A DNA stretch of 64,000 nucleotides from Bacteroidota bacterium (GTDB taxonomy: Bacteria; Bacteroidota; Bacteroidia; NS11-12g; UBA955). This document shows, in pieces, positions 20,493 to 30,177 of the stretch (position 1 is the stretch's first letter; the number at the start of each line of letters is the position of its first letter). The position numbers were made by a program, and so were the translations under genes. The notes under the pieces were generated by a model. The model saw only the letters and a program-made list of their open reading frames with translations, was not told the origin of the DNA and ran no database searches. The stretch covers positions 538-64,537 of the forward strand of contig JAURGZ010000001.1 in NCBI GenBank assembly GCA_030833525.1, read 5' to 3'.

Positions 20493-21058
20493 AAGCAGAA
20501 GCCGATTCGGTAAACAATTCGACCCAAAGGCATCAGGCTGCTTATTTCGCTGTTGGTGGCGATTCCCACCATGACCCAAGAAGCCATGTTGGAGCCGTAG
20601 ACGTATCCGATGCCAAAAATGGGAGAGGTAATGGTCTCTTTCTCCACTGTGCCCGTGTTTTGGGCCCGAATGATTTTGTATTCTCCCTGCAAGTAAAGGT
20701 TCTGTATCGACAGACGAGCAAAAACTTCACCTCCGAACTGAAGCTGGGCTCGTGGGCTCATGCCAGCGGCCGTTACCAATGCGAAGTGGGGTCCAATCCC
20801 GGCATAAAAGCGGTTTTGGACATTGTACAAGGCTATGGGGTATGCCTCGAGGTAAATGCCGTTGTACAAGGAGAAAATTTGAGTTTCGAGACCGTATTGC
20901 AGATGCTCCGTAAATGACAACTCAGACGATTTCTGATATTCATCGCTCGATTGACGTTCATTTGTGCGCATTCGACTGCTGTCCAGACCTTCGTATTGGC
21001 CAAATAAGGGTAGTGTACAAACGGCGATTAGGAAGCAAAAGGATTCTTTCAATTGCAT
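20489..21058 (-). CDS. Hypothetical exported protein, probable small outer-membrane beta-barrel
   Basis: Signal-like N-terminus, alternating aromatic/Gly beta-strand pattern and terminal YRIGFCF. Confidence 0.6.
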   Translation of the reverse strand: MQLKESFCFLIAVCTLPLFGQYEGLDSSRMRTNERQSSDEYQKSSELSFTEHLQYGLETQIFSLYNGIYLEAYPIALYNVQNRFYAGIGPHFALVTAAGMSPRAQLQFGGEVFARLSIQNLYLQGEYKIIRAQNTGTVEKETITSPIFGIGYVYGSNMASWVMVGIATNSEISSLMPLGRIVYRIGFCF

Positions 21059-21106
21059 GAGACTAGGCCTTGATTGCCCGCAATATTAGGCCTTAATTTG
21101 CAGTGC

Positions 21107-22183
21107 ATGACCAACAGCAGCAAGCGGGTTCACAATTTCTCAGCAGGACCCTCCATATTGGCCCAATCGGCCTTCGAAAAGAGCATTCAAGATATTCAAA
21201 ACTTTGCGGGCACGGGTTTGTCTGTGCTGGAAGTATCGCACCGTGGCAAGGAGTTTCAAGCCGTAATGGACGAAGCACATGCCCTGGTGAAGCAAATTTT
21301 GGGGTTGGACGATGAGTGGGATGTGTTGTTCCTTCAAGGGGGGGCTAGCACCCAGTTCTTCCAAATTCCCATGAATTTCTTGCGCAGCAAAGCGGCTTAT
21401 TTGAATACCGGTGTTTGGTCTAAAAAAGCCATCGCTGAAGCTAAAGGCTATGGAGCCGTTGATGTCGTAGCGAGTAGCGCCGATACCAACTTCCATATCA
21501 TTCCTTCGGCCTACAGCATTCCTGCCGATGCCGATTACTTTCACTGCACGAGCAACAATACGATTTATGGCACTCAAATGCCTGATTTCCCAGATAGCCC
21601 AGTACCCATGGTTTGCGACATGAGCAGCGATATTTTCTCTCGCCCGGTTGATGTTTCGAAATTCTCCATGATTTATGCGGGTGCTCAAAAGAATATGGGA
21701 CCTGCTGGCGTAACCCTGGTGGCCGTTCGCAAATCCTTGTACGCCCGTACAGCAGATCGACACATTCCCACTATGTTGCAGTATGCCGTACACGCCGAAA
21801 ATGGCAGCATGTACAATACCCCTCCCGTATTCCCGATTTTGGTTTCCAAATACAATTTGGAATGGGTGCGCGACATGGGCGGATTAACCGCCATGGAAGC
21901 TCGCAACCAATCGAAGGCTGACTTGCTTTACAAGGCCATTGATGATAGCCCGTTGTTCGAGGGTACCGCCGATAAGGGTTCTAGAAGCCGAATGAACGTT
22001 TGCTTTGTTCCCAAAGACAAAGAATCAGACCTCGAAGCCCGTTTTATGGCGGCTTGCAAAGAGGCAGGAATTAGCGGCATCAAAGGGCATCGTTCTGTGG
22101 GAGGGTTTAGAGCGTCTCTTTACAATGCCTTGCCGATTGAGAGTGTAGAAGCATTGGTTCAGGTCATACAATCTTTTTCGTAA
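21107..22183 (+). CDS. serC: Phosphoserine aminotransferase
   Basis: HNFSAGPS, FLQGGAS.QF, NNTIYG, YAGAQKNMGPAG and GHRSVGGFRASLYNA. Confidence 0.97.
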   Translation: MTNSSKRVHNFSAGPSILAQSAFEKSIQDIQNFAGTGLSVLEVSHRGKEFQAVMDEAHALVKQILGLDDEWDVLFLQGGASTQFFQIPMNFLRSKAAYLNTGVWSKKAIAEAKGYGAVDVVASSADTNFHIIPSAYSIPADADYFHCTSNNTIYGTQMPDFPDSPVPMVCDMSSDIFSRPVDVSKFSMIYAGAQKNMGPAGVTLVAVRKSLYARTADRHIPTMLQYAVHAENGSMYNTPPVFPILVSKYNLEWVRDMGGLTAMEARNQSKADLLYKAIDDSPLFEGTADKGSRSRMNVCFVPKDKESDLEARFMAACKEAGISGIKGHRSVGGFRASLYNALPIESVEALVQVIQSFS

Positions 22184-22184
22184 C

Positions 22185-23135
22185 ATGAGAATTCTAGCCA
22201 ACGACGGCATCGATGCAGCTGGTAAATCCATTTTGGAAGCCGCTGGTTTCGAGGTCATCACAGATAATATAGCCCAGGCTGATTTGGCAAGCCGAATCGC
22301 TGAATTTGACGCCTTGATTGTGCGCAGTGCCACCAAGGTAACGGCCGAAATCATGGATGCAGGTCAACTGAAACTCATTGCTCGTGCGGGTGTGGGTATG
22401 GACAACATCGACTTGAAGCATGCCGGTTCCAAAGGCATCGTCGTGGTCAATACGCCCAACGCATCTTCGCGCAGCGTAGCCGAATTGGTGTTTGCCCATT
22501 TGTTTTCAGTGGCTCGTTACTTGCATGAATCGAATCGCAACATGCCCCAGCACGGCAAGGAAGATTTTGCTTCCATGAAGAAAAAAGCCTCCAATGGTTT
22601 TGAACTCATGGGCAAGAAAATCGGGATTGTAGGCTTTGGCCGCATCGGCATCGAGGTGGCTAAAATGGCCATTGGTTTAGGCATGGAAGTACTGATTTAC
22701 GACTACAAGGAACGCGAGTTCGAAGTGGTGGTTCAACACCATACGCCCTATCAGCAGCACAATTTTCAAGTGGTGCTCAAAGGGCAGAAGTTGGAAAGCG
22801 TGTTGGCCCATTCTGATGTTGTAACGGTGCATACCCCTGGCAGTGCTGAAGTAATAGGTTCTGCTGAATTGGCACATATGAAATCAGGTTCTGTATTGAT
22901 CAATTGCGCTCGCGGAGGAGTGGTCAATGAGCCTGCACTTCGTTCAGCCTTGGAATCAGGTCATATCGCCTTTGCGGGTGTCGATGTTTTTGTGCAGGAG
23001 CCTCCTGTGAACGACGATTTGTTGCTGGCGCCCAATGTGAGTTTGTCTGCCCATGTTGGAGCCTCTACGCCAGAAGCCCAAGAGCGAGTGGGAATCGAGT
23101 TGGCCGAGCGCATTTGCCAACACTTGAAAGCTTAA
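22185..23135 (+). CDS. serA: D-3-phosphoglycerate dehydrogenase
   Basis: RSATKV, RAGVGMDNID, GFGRIG, INCARGG and HVGASTPEAQ. Directly follows serC. Confidence 0.88.
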   Translation: MRILANDGIDAAGKSILEAAGFEVITDNIAQADLASRIAEFDALIVRSATKVTAEIMDAGQLKLIARAGVGMDNIDLKHAGSKGIVVVNTPNASSRSVAELVFAHLFSVARYLHESNRNMPQHGKEDFASMKKKASNGFELMGKKIGIVGFGRIGIEVAKMAIGLGMEVLIYDYKEREFEVVVQHHTPYQQHNFQVVLKGQKLESVLAHSDVVTVHTPGSAEVIGSAELAHMKSGSVLINCARGGVVNEPALRSALESGHIAFAGVDVFVQEPPVNDDLLLAPNVSLSAHVGASTPEAQERVGIELAERICQHLKA

Positions 23136-23139
23136 CGCT

Positions 23140-24342
23140 GTGAAATTCTTTCCATTTCGATCGCTGGTACCTCGTTCAGATACCGCGGCTCAGGTTACTT
23201 CGTTGGGTTCGGGTAAAATGCCCTTGAAATGGCTTCAAAAGCGAGCTCAAGATAATGCTTTGAGTTATTTGCGTGTAGTTAAGCCTGAATACATTCAGCC
23301 TGAATTGGAAGCGGGTACCGATGCGTACTATGCGGCATCCAAGGCCAATTTCGATGCTTTGTTGAATGAGAATGCGCTCGAAGAATGGCCAGAAGGTCTT
23401 TGCTATTACCGTCAATCCAAACCCGATGGTTCGCATTACGAAGGGTGGATCGTAGGAGTAACAGCAGAAGGATATAGAAATGGTCGTATTGTTCGCCACG
23501 AGAATACCATCAAATCCAAAGAAAACCGACTGGTGAAATACCTGCAAACCCTGCATGCCATGGCCGAGCCCGTGTTGTTTACCCAAAAACTACCCGCAGC
23601 GGTATTGACTTTGGGCAAAGAACTGGGAAGCGGTGCACCCCGCCTTCATTATACCGATGCACAGGGTTTGGTGCACGAGCTGTTTCCGCTGCCCTGCACT
23701 GACCCTCGCTGTCAGCAAGTACTGGAATCGTTGATGCAACTTCCCAAGGTGTACATCGCTGACGGGCACCATCGGGTAGCCGCTTGTTCCACTTTCTTAG
23801 AGGGTCAAGAAGATCAAGGTTTCATGGCCTTGTTGCTAGACGATGAAGAGCTGGCTATCAAATCGTTTCACCGAGTATTCACAGACCCATCGTGGACACA
23901 GACTTTGGAACAGTTTCAGGCTGACTTGGAAGCTTTGGGATTGAATCCTAAGCCCTGTGTCATGGAAGGGCTAGTCATTCAGCACGGAGAATGTGTCCTG
24001 ATGCACCGCGAGGGAACTTTGAGAGTGCAACTGCTCAAACCCGAGTCGACCCAGGCCGATGAGTTATTGGACGTGCACCAAGCCGAAATACAAGTGCTCA
24101 AGCCCTTGTTTGACGTTCAAGACTCCAGCCACGATGCGCGAATGAGTTTCATGCGCGGGGATACACCCATGAGCGAATTGCAAAAGCAGCTCAACGAGGG
24201 CTGCATCCAAATGGCCATGGTTTTGGCTCCTTGCAGCATAGACGAAGTAAAGCAAGTGGGCGATCAGGGTTTGATCATGCCTCCCAAAAGCACCTGGATA
24301 GAACCCAAGATGCAAACGGGAATGATCACGCAACTGTTTTAA
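23140..24342 (+). CDS. DUF1015 family protein
   Basis: [12 protein letters not shown] and [11 protein letters not shown]. Third gene of the serC-serA cluster. Confidence 0.85.
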   Translation: MKFFPFRSLVPRSDTAAQVTSLGSGKMPLKWLQKRAQDNALSYLRVVKPEYIQPELEAGTDAYYAASKANFDALLNENALEEWPEGLCYYRQSKPDGSHYEGWIVGVTAEGYRNGRIVRHENTIKSKENRLVKYLQTLHAMAEPVLFTQKLPAAVLTLGKELGSGAPRLHYTDAQGLVHELFPLPCTDPRCQQVLESLMQLPKVYIADGHHRVAACSTFLEGQEDQGFMALLLDDEELAIKSFHRVFTDPSWTQTLEQFQADLEALGLNPKPCVMEGLVIQHGECVLMHREGTLRVQLLKPESTQADELLDVHQAEIQVLKPLFDVQDSSHDARMSFMRGDTPMSELQKQLNEGCIQMAMVLAPCSIDEVKQVGDQGLIMPPKSTWIEPKMQTGMITQLF

Positions 24343-24668
24343 AACAAACTCAATTGTTTCTTCTCGGGCTTGATCCCGAAAACCTCACCCAGCGAATCTT
24401 GCAATTCGTTGAGTGATTCTTTGCGCAAAGAGTAAATGCTGGAGGTTTTGACCGGCTTCATGAGAATGTAACCACCTTCTTTGAGTTTTTGTAGATGACC
24501 AGATACCGTGCTTTGGCTATAGGGTAGGGCGTCTACTATGTCTTGGCAAGTACAAGCGCCTTGCTGCTTCAAATGCAAGAGAATCGCAATGCGAGCGGGG
24601 TGGCCAATGGCCTTGCTCAATCGAGCTAGGGCTTGTAAACTATCTTCAAATGAATCGGTCTTTCTCAT
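24339..24668 (-). CDS. ArsR/SmtB family transcriptional regulator
   Basis: [28 protein letters not shown] winged helix-turn-helix. Confidence 0.88.
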   Translation of the reverse strand: MRKTDSFEDSLQALARLSKAIGHPARIAILLHLKQQGACTCQDIVDALPYSQSTVSGHLQKLKEGGYILMKPVKTSSIYSLRKESLNELQDSLGEVFGIKPEKKQLSLF

Positions 24669-24720
24669 GGCAATTTGAGGACCGCGAATATACGTTTATT
24701 CAAGTTTCAACTGAAAAAGG

Positions 24721-25626
24721 CTATGAAACTTTTTTGTGCTTCCATCGGCGATGACTCCAGAGCCAGTAAGCCGGTTGTTGGCGAATCTCGTTTTCGATGG
24801 CGGTGGCAATGGAATCGGTGATGGCACCCGTTGGTTCCAGAGACGGGTCTTGGCACAGCCAATGCGTTCTGGCTTCATAGCGACTGCGTCCCACTTTTTG
24901 GCAGCTCAGGTAAACCAAACCGAGGTTCAATTTCTTGGCAATTTTTTCGGAACCCATCATAAAGGCCGTTTCTTGATTCAGGAAAGAAGTCCAATGGGCT
25001 CCTTTCCCCGAGGATGGACTTTGGTCGCCTATGAAGGCCGTGACCGTGCAATGCGCTTTGTTTTGGCTCATGATTCGCAGAATTTGCTCCATGGGCACAG
25101 CGTTAACCTGAAACCGAGTGCGCTGATGGAACATCAACCAATCAAAACCCGGGTTGCTCAGGGTTTTGTACACGCATTGAACCTTTTGCTCGCAGCTCAA
25201 CTGGGACATGAGGCAAATCCATTCCCAATTTCCGCAATGACTCATGACGACAATGGCACTTCGTTGGTCGCGGTTCAATTCATCGTATATGGACTGGTCT
25301 ACATTGACCATGCGTCGACTCAATTCTTCGGCTGAAATGCTGAGGCCCTTGATGGTTTCAACCAATACGTCGCAGAAGTGGCGATAAAATTCGCGTTCGA
25401 TGGTTTTTCGATCTGCCGCCGATTTCTCAGGAAATGAATGGGCCAGATTTTCGCGCACCACCTTTTTGCGGTAACCGAACAGGCCATAAATCAAGACAAA
25501 CAAGACATCTGAGATGCGGTGAAGCACCCAGAAAGGCAATAATGATAAGCCCTTGAATATGGGGTATACCAGCACGCGAAAGGCCCAAGGTGCGGGAGGT
25601 ACGCTATGGCGCTGGTAATCTTCCAT
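24721..25626 (-). CDS. Lipid A lauroyl/lysophospholipid acyltransferase (LpxL-like)
   Basis: YRKKVVRENL, HCGNWE, DQSP and YWLWSHRRWK. Confidence 0.88.
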   Translation of the reverse strand: MEDYQRHSVPPAPWAFRVLVYPIFKGLSLLPFWVLHRISDVLFVLIYGLFGYRKKVVRENLAHSFPEKSAADRKTIEREFYRHFCDVLVETIKGLSISAEELSRRMVNVDQSIYDELNRDQRSAIVVMSHCGNWEWICLMSQLSCEQKVQCVYKTLSNPGFDWLMFHQRTRFQVNAVPMEQILRIMSQNKAHCTVTAFIGDQSPSSGKGAHWTSFLNQETAFMMGSEKIAKKLNLGLVYLSCQKVGRSRYEARTHWLCQDPSLEPTGAITDSIATAIENEIRQQPAYWLWSHRRWKHKKVS

Positions 25627-26696
25627 TATTTGAAGTAGCTGAAGTCTTCGCCTGCGGGCAAGGATTGCAAACTGGCGTACATCAAGTCAATGAACGATTG
25701 CACATCGTCAAACTGAACCATTTCTACGGTGGTATGCATGTACTTCAGGGGCAAGGAAATCAGGGCTGAGGCCACGCCCATGCCAGAATAGGCAAAACTA
25801 TCGGTATCGGTGCCTGTGCTGCGGCTTACTGCATTTCGTTGAATGGCAATATCTTTTTGTTTAGCGGCTCCTATGATATGCTGTAGCAACTTGTTTTGAA
25901 CCGCAGGGCCGTAGGTAACCACGGCTCCTTTTCCGCATTGGGTATCGCCTTGCAATTTCTTGTTGTAAAGAGGGGCATGGGTATCGTGGGTGACATCGGT
26001 GCAAATCGCCACGTTCGGATTGATGCGGCGGGAAATCATTTCGGCACCTCTGAGTCCAATTTCTTCTTGAACACTGTTGACCACATACAAGCTGAAGGGA
26101 AGAGCGAGTTTATCTTCTTTGATTTTGCGCGCCACTTCAGCAATCATAAAGCCGCCCATTCGATTGTCTAAGGCACGGCCTACGATGTAACGGTCATTTA
26201 ACACCTTCATGTCTGCCTCGAATACAACGACGGCTCCAATGTGCACTCCTTTGTCTAGAACCTCTTGTTTGTTGGAACAGCCCAAGTCTACGCAGATATT
26301 CTCGGGTTTGGTTTCGGGGTCTTTCCCCATGCGCACGTGTACGGCGGGCCACCCGAAGACACCGTCGACGATTTGACCGCCTTCGCAATGCACTTTGCAG
26401 CGCATGCTAGGAGCAATTTGCCAATCGCTACCCCCGTTTCGAATCACATACAAATAACCGTCGTCGCTGATGTAATTGACAAACCAAGAAATCTCATCGG
26501 CATGGGCTTCGATGACCACTTTGTAGTCGCAGCCAGGGTTGATAACCCCAACGGCAGTGCCATAGGTGTCGGTAAAAGACTCATCGATGTAAGGCTGGAG
26601 ATAGTCGAGCCAAATCTTTTGACCGCTGTGTTCAAAGCCTGTGGGGCTTACGTTGTTCAAGTAGGTTTCCAGGAAATCGAGTGATTCTTTGCGCAT
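25626..26696 (-). CDS. M42 family metalloaminopeptidase
   Basis: SPTGFE, AHADEI, LDNRMG, QEEIGLRGA, GTDTD and YMHT. Confidence 0.92.
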   Translation of the reverse strand: MRKESLDFLETYLNNVSPTGFEHSGQKIWLDYLQPYIDESFTDTYGTAVGVINPGCDYKVVIEAHADEISWFVNYISDDGYLYVIRNGGSDWQIAPSMRCKVHCEGGQIVDGVFGWPAVHVRMGKDPETKPENICVDLGCSNKQEVLDKGVHIGAVVVFEADMKVLNDRYIVGRALDNRMGGFMIAEVARKIKEDKLALPFSLYVVNSVQEEIGLRGAEMISRRINPNVAICTDVTHDTHAPLYNKKLQGDTQCGKGAVVTYGPAVQNKLLQHIIGAAKQKDIAIQRNAVSRSTGTDTDSFAYSGMGVASALISLPLKYMHTTVEMVQFDDVQSFIDLMYASLQSLPAGEDFSYFK

Positions 26697-26852
26697 GACC
26701 ACGAATGTCGCCAATTCGCCGATTTAGACGGCGCCGGGTTTTCAACTTTGTTTGCACCGATGGGCAAATTTTGGGCAAATGGCTTTGGGCTGAGTCGGAG
26801 CACCGGGACTAGCTCGCCCTGCCGGGCTCGCTGATCCCTAGAGGGGGGAGTC

Positions 26853-26977
26853 CCAAACACCTAAGCCCGCGGCGAAGCTGCGGGCCATTTTTATGCTCAT
26901 CATCGCCTTGTATCCCTTCGGGCTTCGGCTCGTTTGAGCATAAAAAAAGCCGCACATGGTGCGGCTTGGGTGTTTGG
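26853..26977. repeat. Nested 125-bp imperfect palindrome (REPIN/MITE-like) overlapping the tRNA 3' end
   Basis: Outer IR ccaaacacctaagcc/ggcttgggtgtttgg (1 mismatch), perfect inner 12-bp IR 26888-26899/26935-26946, and two GC-rich hairpins. Confidence 0.75.
26941..26966 (-). terminator. Intrinsic terminator of tRNA-Val
   Basis: AGCCGCAC-cat-GTGCGGCT followed by a T-tract on the - strand. Confidence 0.8.
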
Positions 26978-27052
26978 TGGGAGCTGAGGGATTCGAACCC
27001 CCGACCCTCTGCTTGTAAGGCAGATGCTCTAAACCAACTGAGCTAAGCTCCC
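26975..27052 (-). tRNA. tRNA-Val(TAC) with encoded CCA
   Basis: GGGAGCTTAGCTCAGTTGG..CTGCC-TTACAA-GCAG..GGTTCGAATCC..AGCTCCCACCA. TATATTTG promoter at 27079-27086. Confidence 0.97.
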
Positions 27053-27225
27053 GAGGAATTTCTTCCCTTTCGGGGGTGCAAATATAGCAAGAGAATTGAA
27101 CTGCGAATCGCACTCTGAAGAATTTTTTTTTTGAAAAACCACAAGTTGGGAACTTAAGTGAGTGAATGTAAAAGGGTTAAGTAAAGCGAGCCCGAGCGAG
27201 CTAGATGTACTACCTTTGAAAGCGC

Positions 27226-28596
27226 ATGCAAGTAGCTCAAAATATCCTCGAAACCATAGGCAATACGCCCATGGTCAAGTTGAATAAGTTGGTGGCAGGG
27301 TTGCCCTGCGAGGTGTACGCTAAAGTAGAGACCGTGAATCCCGGCAATTCGATCAAGGATCGCATGGCCCTGAAGATGATCGAAGACGCTGAAAAATCGG
27401 GTGCTTTGAAACCGGGAGGGGTCATCATCGAGGGTACCAGTGGAAATACGGGTATGGGTTTGGCCATTGCGGCTGTGGTGAAAGGCTACCGCTGCATTTT
27501 TACTACCACCGACAAGCAGAGCAAAGAAAAAGTAGACGCCTTGAAGGCTTTTGGCGCTGAAGTCATTGTGTGCCCAACCGACGTGGATCCTGAAGATCCC
27601 CGTTCGTACTATTCGGTTTCGAGCCGCTTAGCGGCTGAGGTTCCCAATGCCTGGAAACCCAATCAATACGACAATTTGAGCAATAGCCAGGCCCATTACG
27701 AGCAAACGGGTCCTGAGATTTGGGCACAAACCGAAGGCAAAATAACGCACCTGGTGGTTGGAGTGGGTACCGGTGGCACCCTGTGCGGAACCGGGCGCTT
27801 TTTGAAAGAACAGAATCCCCAGATTCAGCTACTGGGAATCGATACTTATGGTTCGATTTTCAAGAAATACAAAGAGACAGGGGAGTTTGATAAGAACGAG
27901 ATTTACCCCTACATCACCGAAGGCATTGGCGAAGATTTCTTGCCGGCCAATGTTGATTTCTCGCTCATCGATCATTTTGAAAAGGTTACCGATGCCGATG
28001 CGGCTATCATGACACGCCGCATTCCCCGCGAAGAGGGGATTTTTGTGGGCAACAGCGCTGGCGCCGCCATGGCAGGTCTCATGCAAATGAAAGACCGATT
28101 CAAAAAGGGAGACGTGGTGGTGGTGATTTTCCACGACCACGGCACCCGGTATTTGGGTAAGATGTTCAATGAAGACTGGATGCGCGACCGCGGATTCCTG
28201 GCGCCCAAAGCATTGACCACCGCCTTGGATTTGGTACAGAGTCATGTGCATCAGCCCTTGGTCACGGCTCTCGATAGCGACAAAGCTGAGGCTGCTTTTG
28301 CCAAAATGCAGAAATACGGAATCAGCCAATTGCCGGTGAAAAACCAAGCCGGTGAATGGGTGGGGTCGCTTGAAGATGCTCGACTGTATTCGGCGATCTT
28401 GCAAGATTCCAACCGATTGAATGATTCGGTTTCGGCCTTGATGGGGCCCGCTTATCCGACGGTGGCCTTCAGCGCGGGAATCAAGGAAGTTTCGAATTTG
28501 ATAAACAAAGAGAACCATGCGGTGTTAATGATGGATATGGGCGGCCATTGGCACATCATTACCCGACAGGATTTGATACAAGCCATCGCCCATTAA
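27226..28596 (+). CDS. Cystathionine beta-synthase / cysteine synthase family protein with C-terminal CBS domains
   Basis: NPGNSIKDR (PLP lysine), TSGNTG, GVGTGGT and EGIG. C-terminal ISQLPV..IITRQDLI CBS pair. Confidence 0.9.
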   Translation: MQVAQNILETIGNTPMVKLNKLVAGLPCEVYAKVETVNPGNSIKDRMALKMIEDAEKSGALKPGGVIIEGTSGNTGMGLAIAAVVKGYRCIFTTTDKQSKEKVDALKAFGAEVIVCPTDVDPEDPRSYYSVSSRLAAEVPNAWKPNQYDNLSNSQAHYEQTGPEIWAQTEGKITHLVVGVGTGGTLCGTGRFLKEQNPQIQLLGIDTYGSIFKKYKETGEFDKNEIYPYITEGIGEDFLPANVDFSLIDHFEKVTDADAAIMTRRIPREEGIFVGNSAGAAMAGLMQMKDRFKKGDVVVVIFHDHGTRYLGKMFNEDWMRDRGFLAPKALTTALDLVQSHVHQPLVTALDSDKAEAAFAKMQKYGISQLPVKNQAGEWVGSLEDARLYSAILQDSNRLNDSVSALMGPAYPTVAFSAGIKEVSNLINKENHAVLMMDMGGHWHIITRQDLIQAIAH

Positions 28597-28600
28597 GGCC

Positions 28601-29389
28601 ATGCGCGAATGCATCGATATGCTCGGACGCGGCGTTCGGGTTCCTCACCGGGTGAGCCGCATTGTTTCGTTGGTTCCTTCTCAAACCGACCTGCTCTACC
28701 ATTGGCTTCCGGCTGATACCATCGTGGGGCAGACCTTGTTCTGCGTGAACCCCGAGCGCCAATGGGCCATCGATAAGAGTGTAGGGGGGACCAAAAAGGT
28801 CCATCTGGATAAAATTCGCCAGCTTCAGCCCGACTTGATCATTGCCAACAAAGAAGAGAACGATAAGGAGCAAATCGAGGCCCTGGCCCAAGAATTTCCT
28901 GTATGGGTGAGCGACATCAAAACCTTGGACGATTTTGCAACTTTCGCCACCCAAATCGCCGATGTTTTGCACATCCCGCAAAAAGCAGCAGATTTTTTGC
29001 AAAAACTGCAAAATGCCAAACAATCCTGGCCTGATTTTGAAGGTGCCACCTGCATGTATTTGATCTGGAAAGACCCCTATATGGCGGCGGGAAAAGGAAC
29101 CTTCATCGACAACATGTTGGGAGAATTGAATTTGAAAAATGTGGTTCAAGAGCCGCGATACCCCAGCTTGGATGAGTGGAAAGCCTTGCCCGAAACCCCC
29201 GACATTATCATGCTTTCTTCTGAGCCTTATCCCTTCAAACAGGAGCACATCGAAGCCCTAGAAGAACAGTTTCCATCGGCCTGGGTCTGTTTGGTTGACG
29301 GTGAACCTTTTAGCTGGTATGGCCCGCCCTTGTTGCGATTGGCCGATACGGCTAAGCGTTTGAAAGCAGAACTCGACGGGGCAGCCTGA
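28601..29389 (+). CDS. Helical-backbone metal receptor (BtuF/TroA-like substrate-binding fold)
   Basis: RIVSLVPSQT, VGGTK, PDLIIANKEEN, SSEPYPF and VDGEPFSWYG. Confidence 0.82.
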   Translation: MRECIDMLGRGVRVPHRVSRIVSLVPSQTDLLYHWLPADTIVGQTLFCVNPERQWAIDKSVGGTKKVHLDKIRQLQPDLIIANKEENDKEQIEALAQEFPVWVSDIKTLDDFATFATQIADVLHIPQKAADFLQKLQNAKQSWPDFEGATCMYLIWKDPYMAAGKGTFIDNMLGELNLKNVVQEPRYPSLDEWKALPETPDIIMLSSEPYPFKQEHIEALEEQFPSAWVCLVDGEPFSWYGPPLLRLADTAKRLKAELDGAA

Positions 29390-29412
29390 GCCAATTGCCT
29401 TACCTTTGCAGC

Positions 29413-30177
29413 GTGGGAATCATCATCAAGACACCCGAACAAATTGAGGGCATTCGCCGCAGCTCCCGATTGGCAGCTGAAACATTGAAATACTTAGAGC
29501 CCTTCGTGGTTCCCGGCGCCAAAACGGCTGATTTGGATCGCAAGGCAGAAGAGTTTGTGCGCGACCATGGGGCGATTCCGGCTACCAAAGGGTATAAGGG
29601 CTATAAGCACGCCAGCTGCATTTCCCCCAACGATGTGGTGTGCCATGGGGTTCCCAATCAATACGAACTGCAGTGGGGCGACATTGTCAACATTGACATC
29701 ACTACCATTTTAGATGGATTTTACGGCGATACTTGCAAAATGTACAGCGTAGGGGAAATCAGCCCATACGCGCAGAAATTGGTCGATGTAACCCGCGAGT
29801 GTTTGCGATTGGGCATGCAAGAGTGCAAACCCGATGCTCGTTTGGGCAACGTGGGCTGGGCCATTGCTGAACATGCCCACAAACACGGTTACACGGTGGT
29901 CTATGAATTCTGTGGTCACGGGGTAGGTTTGAAGTTTCACGAAGACCCCGAAGTGGCGCACATTGCCGAAAAGGGCTCTGGCGTCTTGCTCAAGCCCGGC
30001 ATGACCTTTACCATTGAGCCCATGATCAACGCCGGCAAGGCTCGCACCAAGGTAGATCGCAAAGACGGTTGGACCGCGCGCACCATTGATGGCAAATTGT
30101 CGGCTCAATTCGAGCACACCATTTTGATTACCGAAACAGGCTTCGAGGCCTTGACAGACGTATACGGAGACTTCTGA
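29413..30177 (+). CDS. map: Methionine aminopeptidase type I
   Basis: VVCHGVP, NIDIT..GDT, GHGVG..FHE, FTIEPMIN and SAQFEHT. GTG start follows TACCTTTG. Confidence 0.95.
   Translation: MGIIIKTPEQIEGIRRSSRLAAETLKYLEPFVVPGAKTADLDRKAEEFVRDHGAIPATKGYKGYKHASCISPNDVVCHGVPNQYELQWGDIVNIDITTILDGFYGDTCKMYSVGEISPYAQKLVDVTRECLRLGMQECKPDARLGNVGWAIAEHAHKHGYTVVYEFCGHGVGLKFHEDPEVAHIAEKGSGVLLKPGMTFTIEPMINAGKARTKVDRKDGWTARTIDGKLSAQFEHTILITETGFEALTDVYGDF

Noticed and set aside
20312-20917. 201-aa + strand ORF overlapping nuoN
   Set aside because: It is out of frame with nuoN, antisense to a more plausible beta-barrel gene, and has no motifs.
26975-27052. tRNA as the attachment site of a genomic island
   Set aside because: There is no integrase nearby, I saw no direct repeat of the tRNA 3' end, and the flanking genes are housekeeping.
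26838-27113. 91-aa - strand ORF
   Set aside because: It is a translation across the tRNA-Val gene and its terminator.
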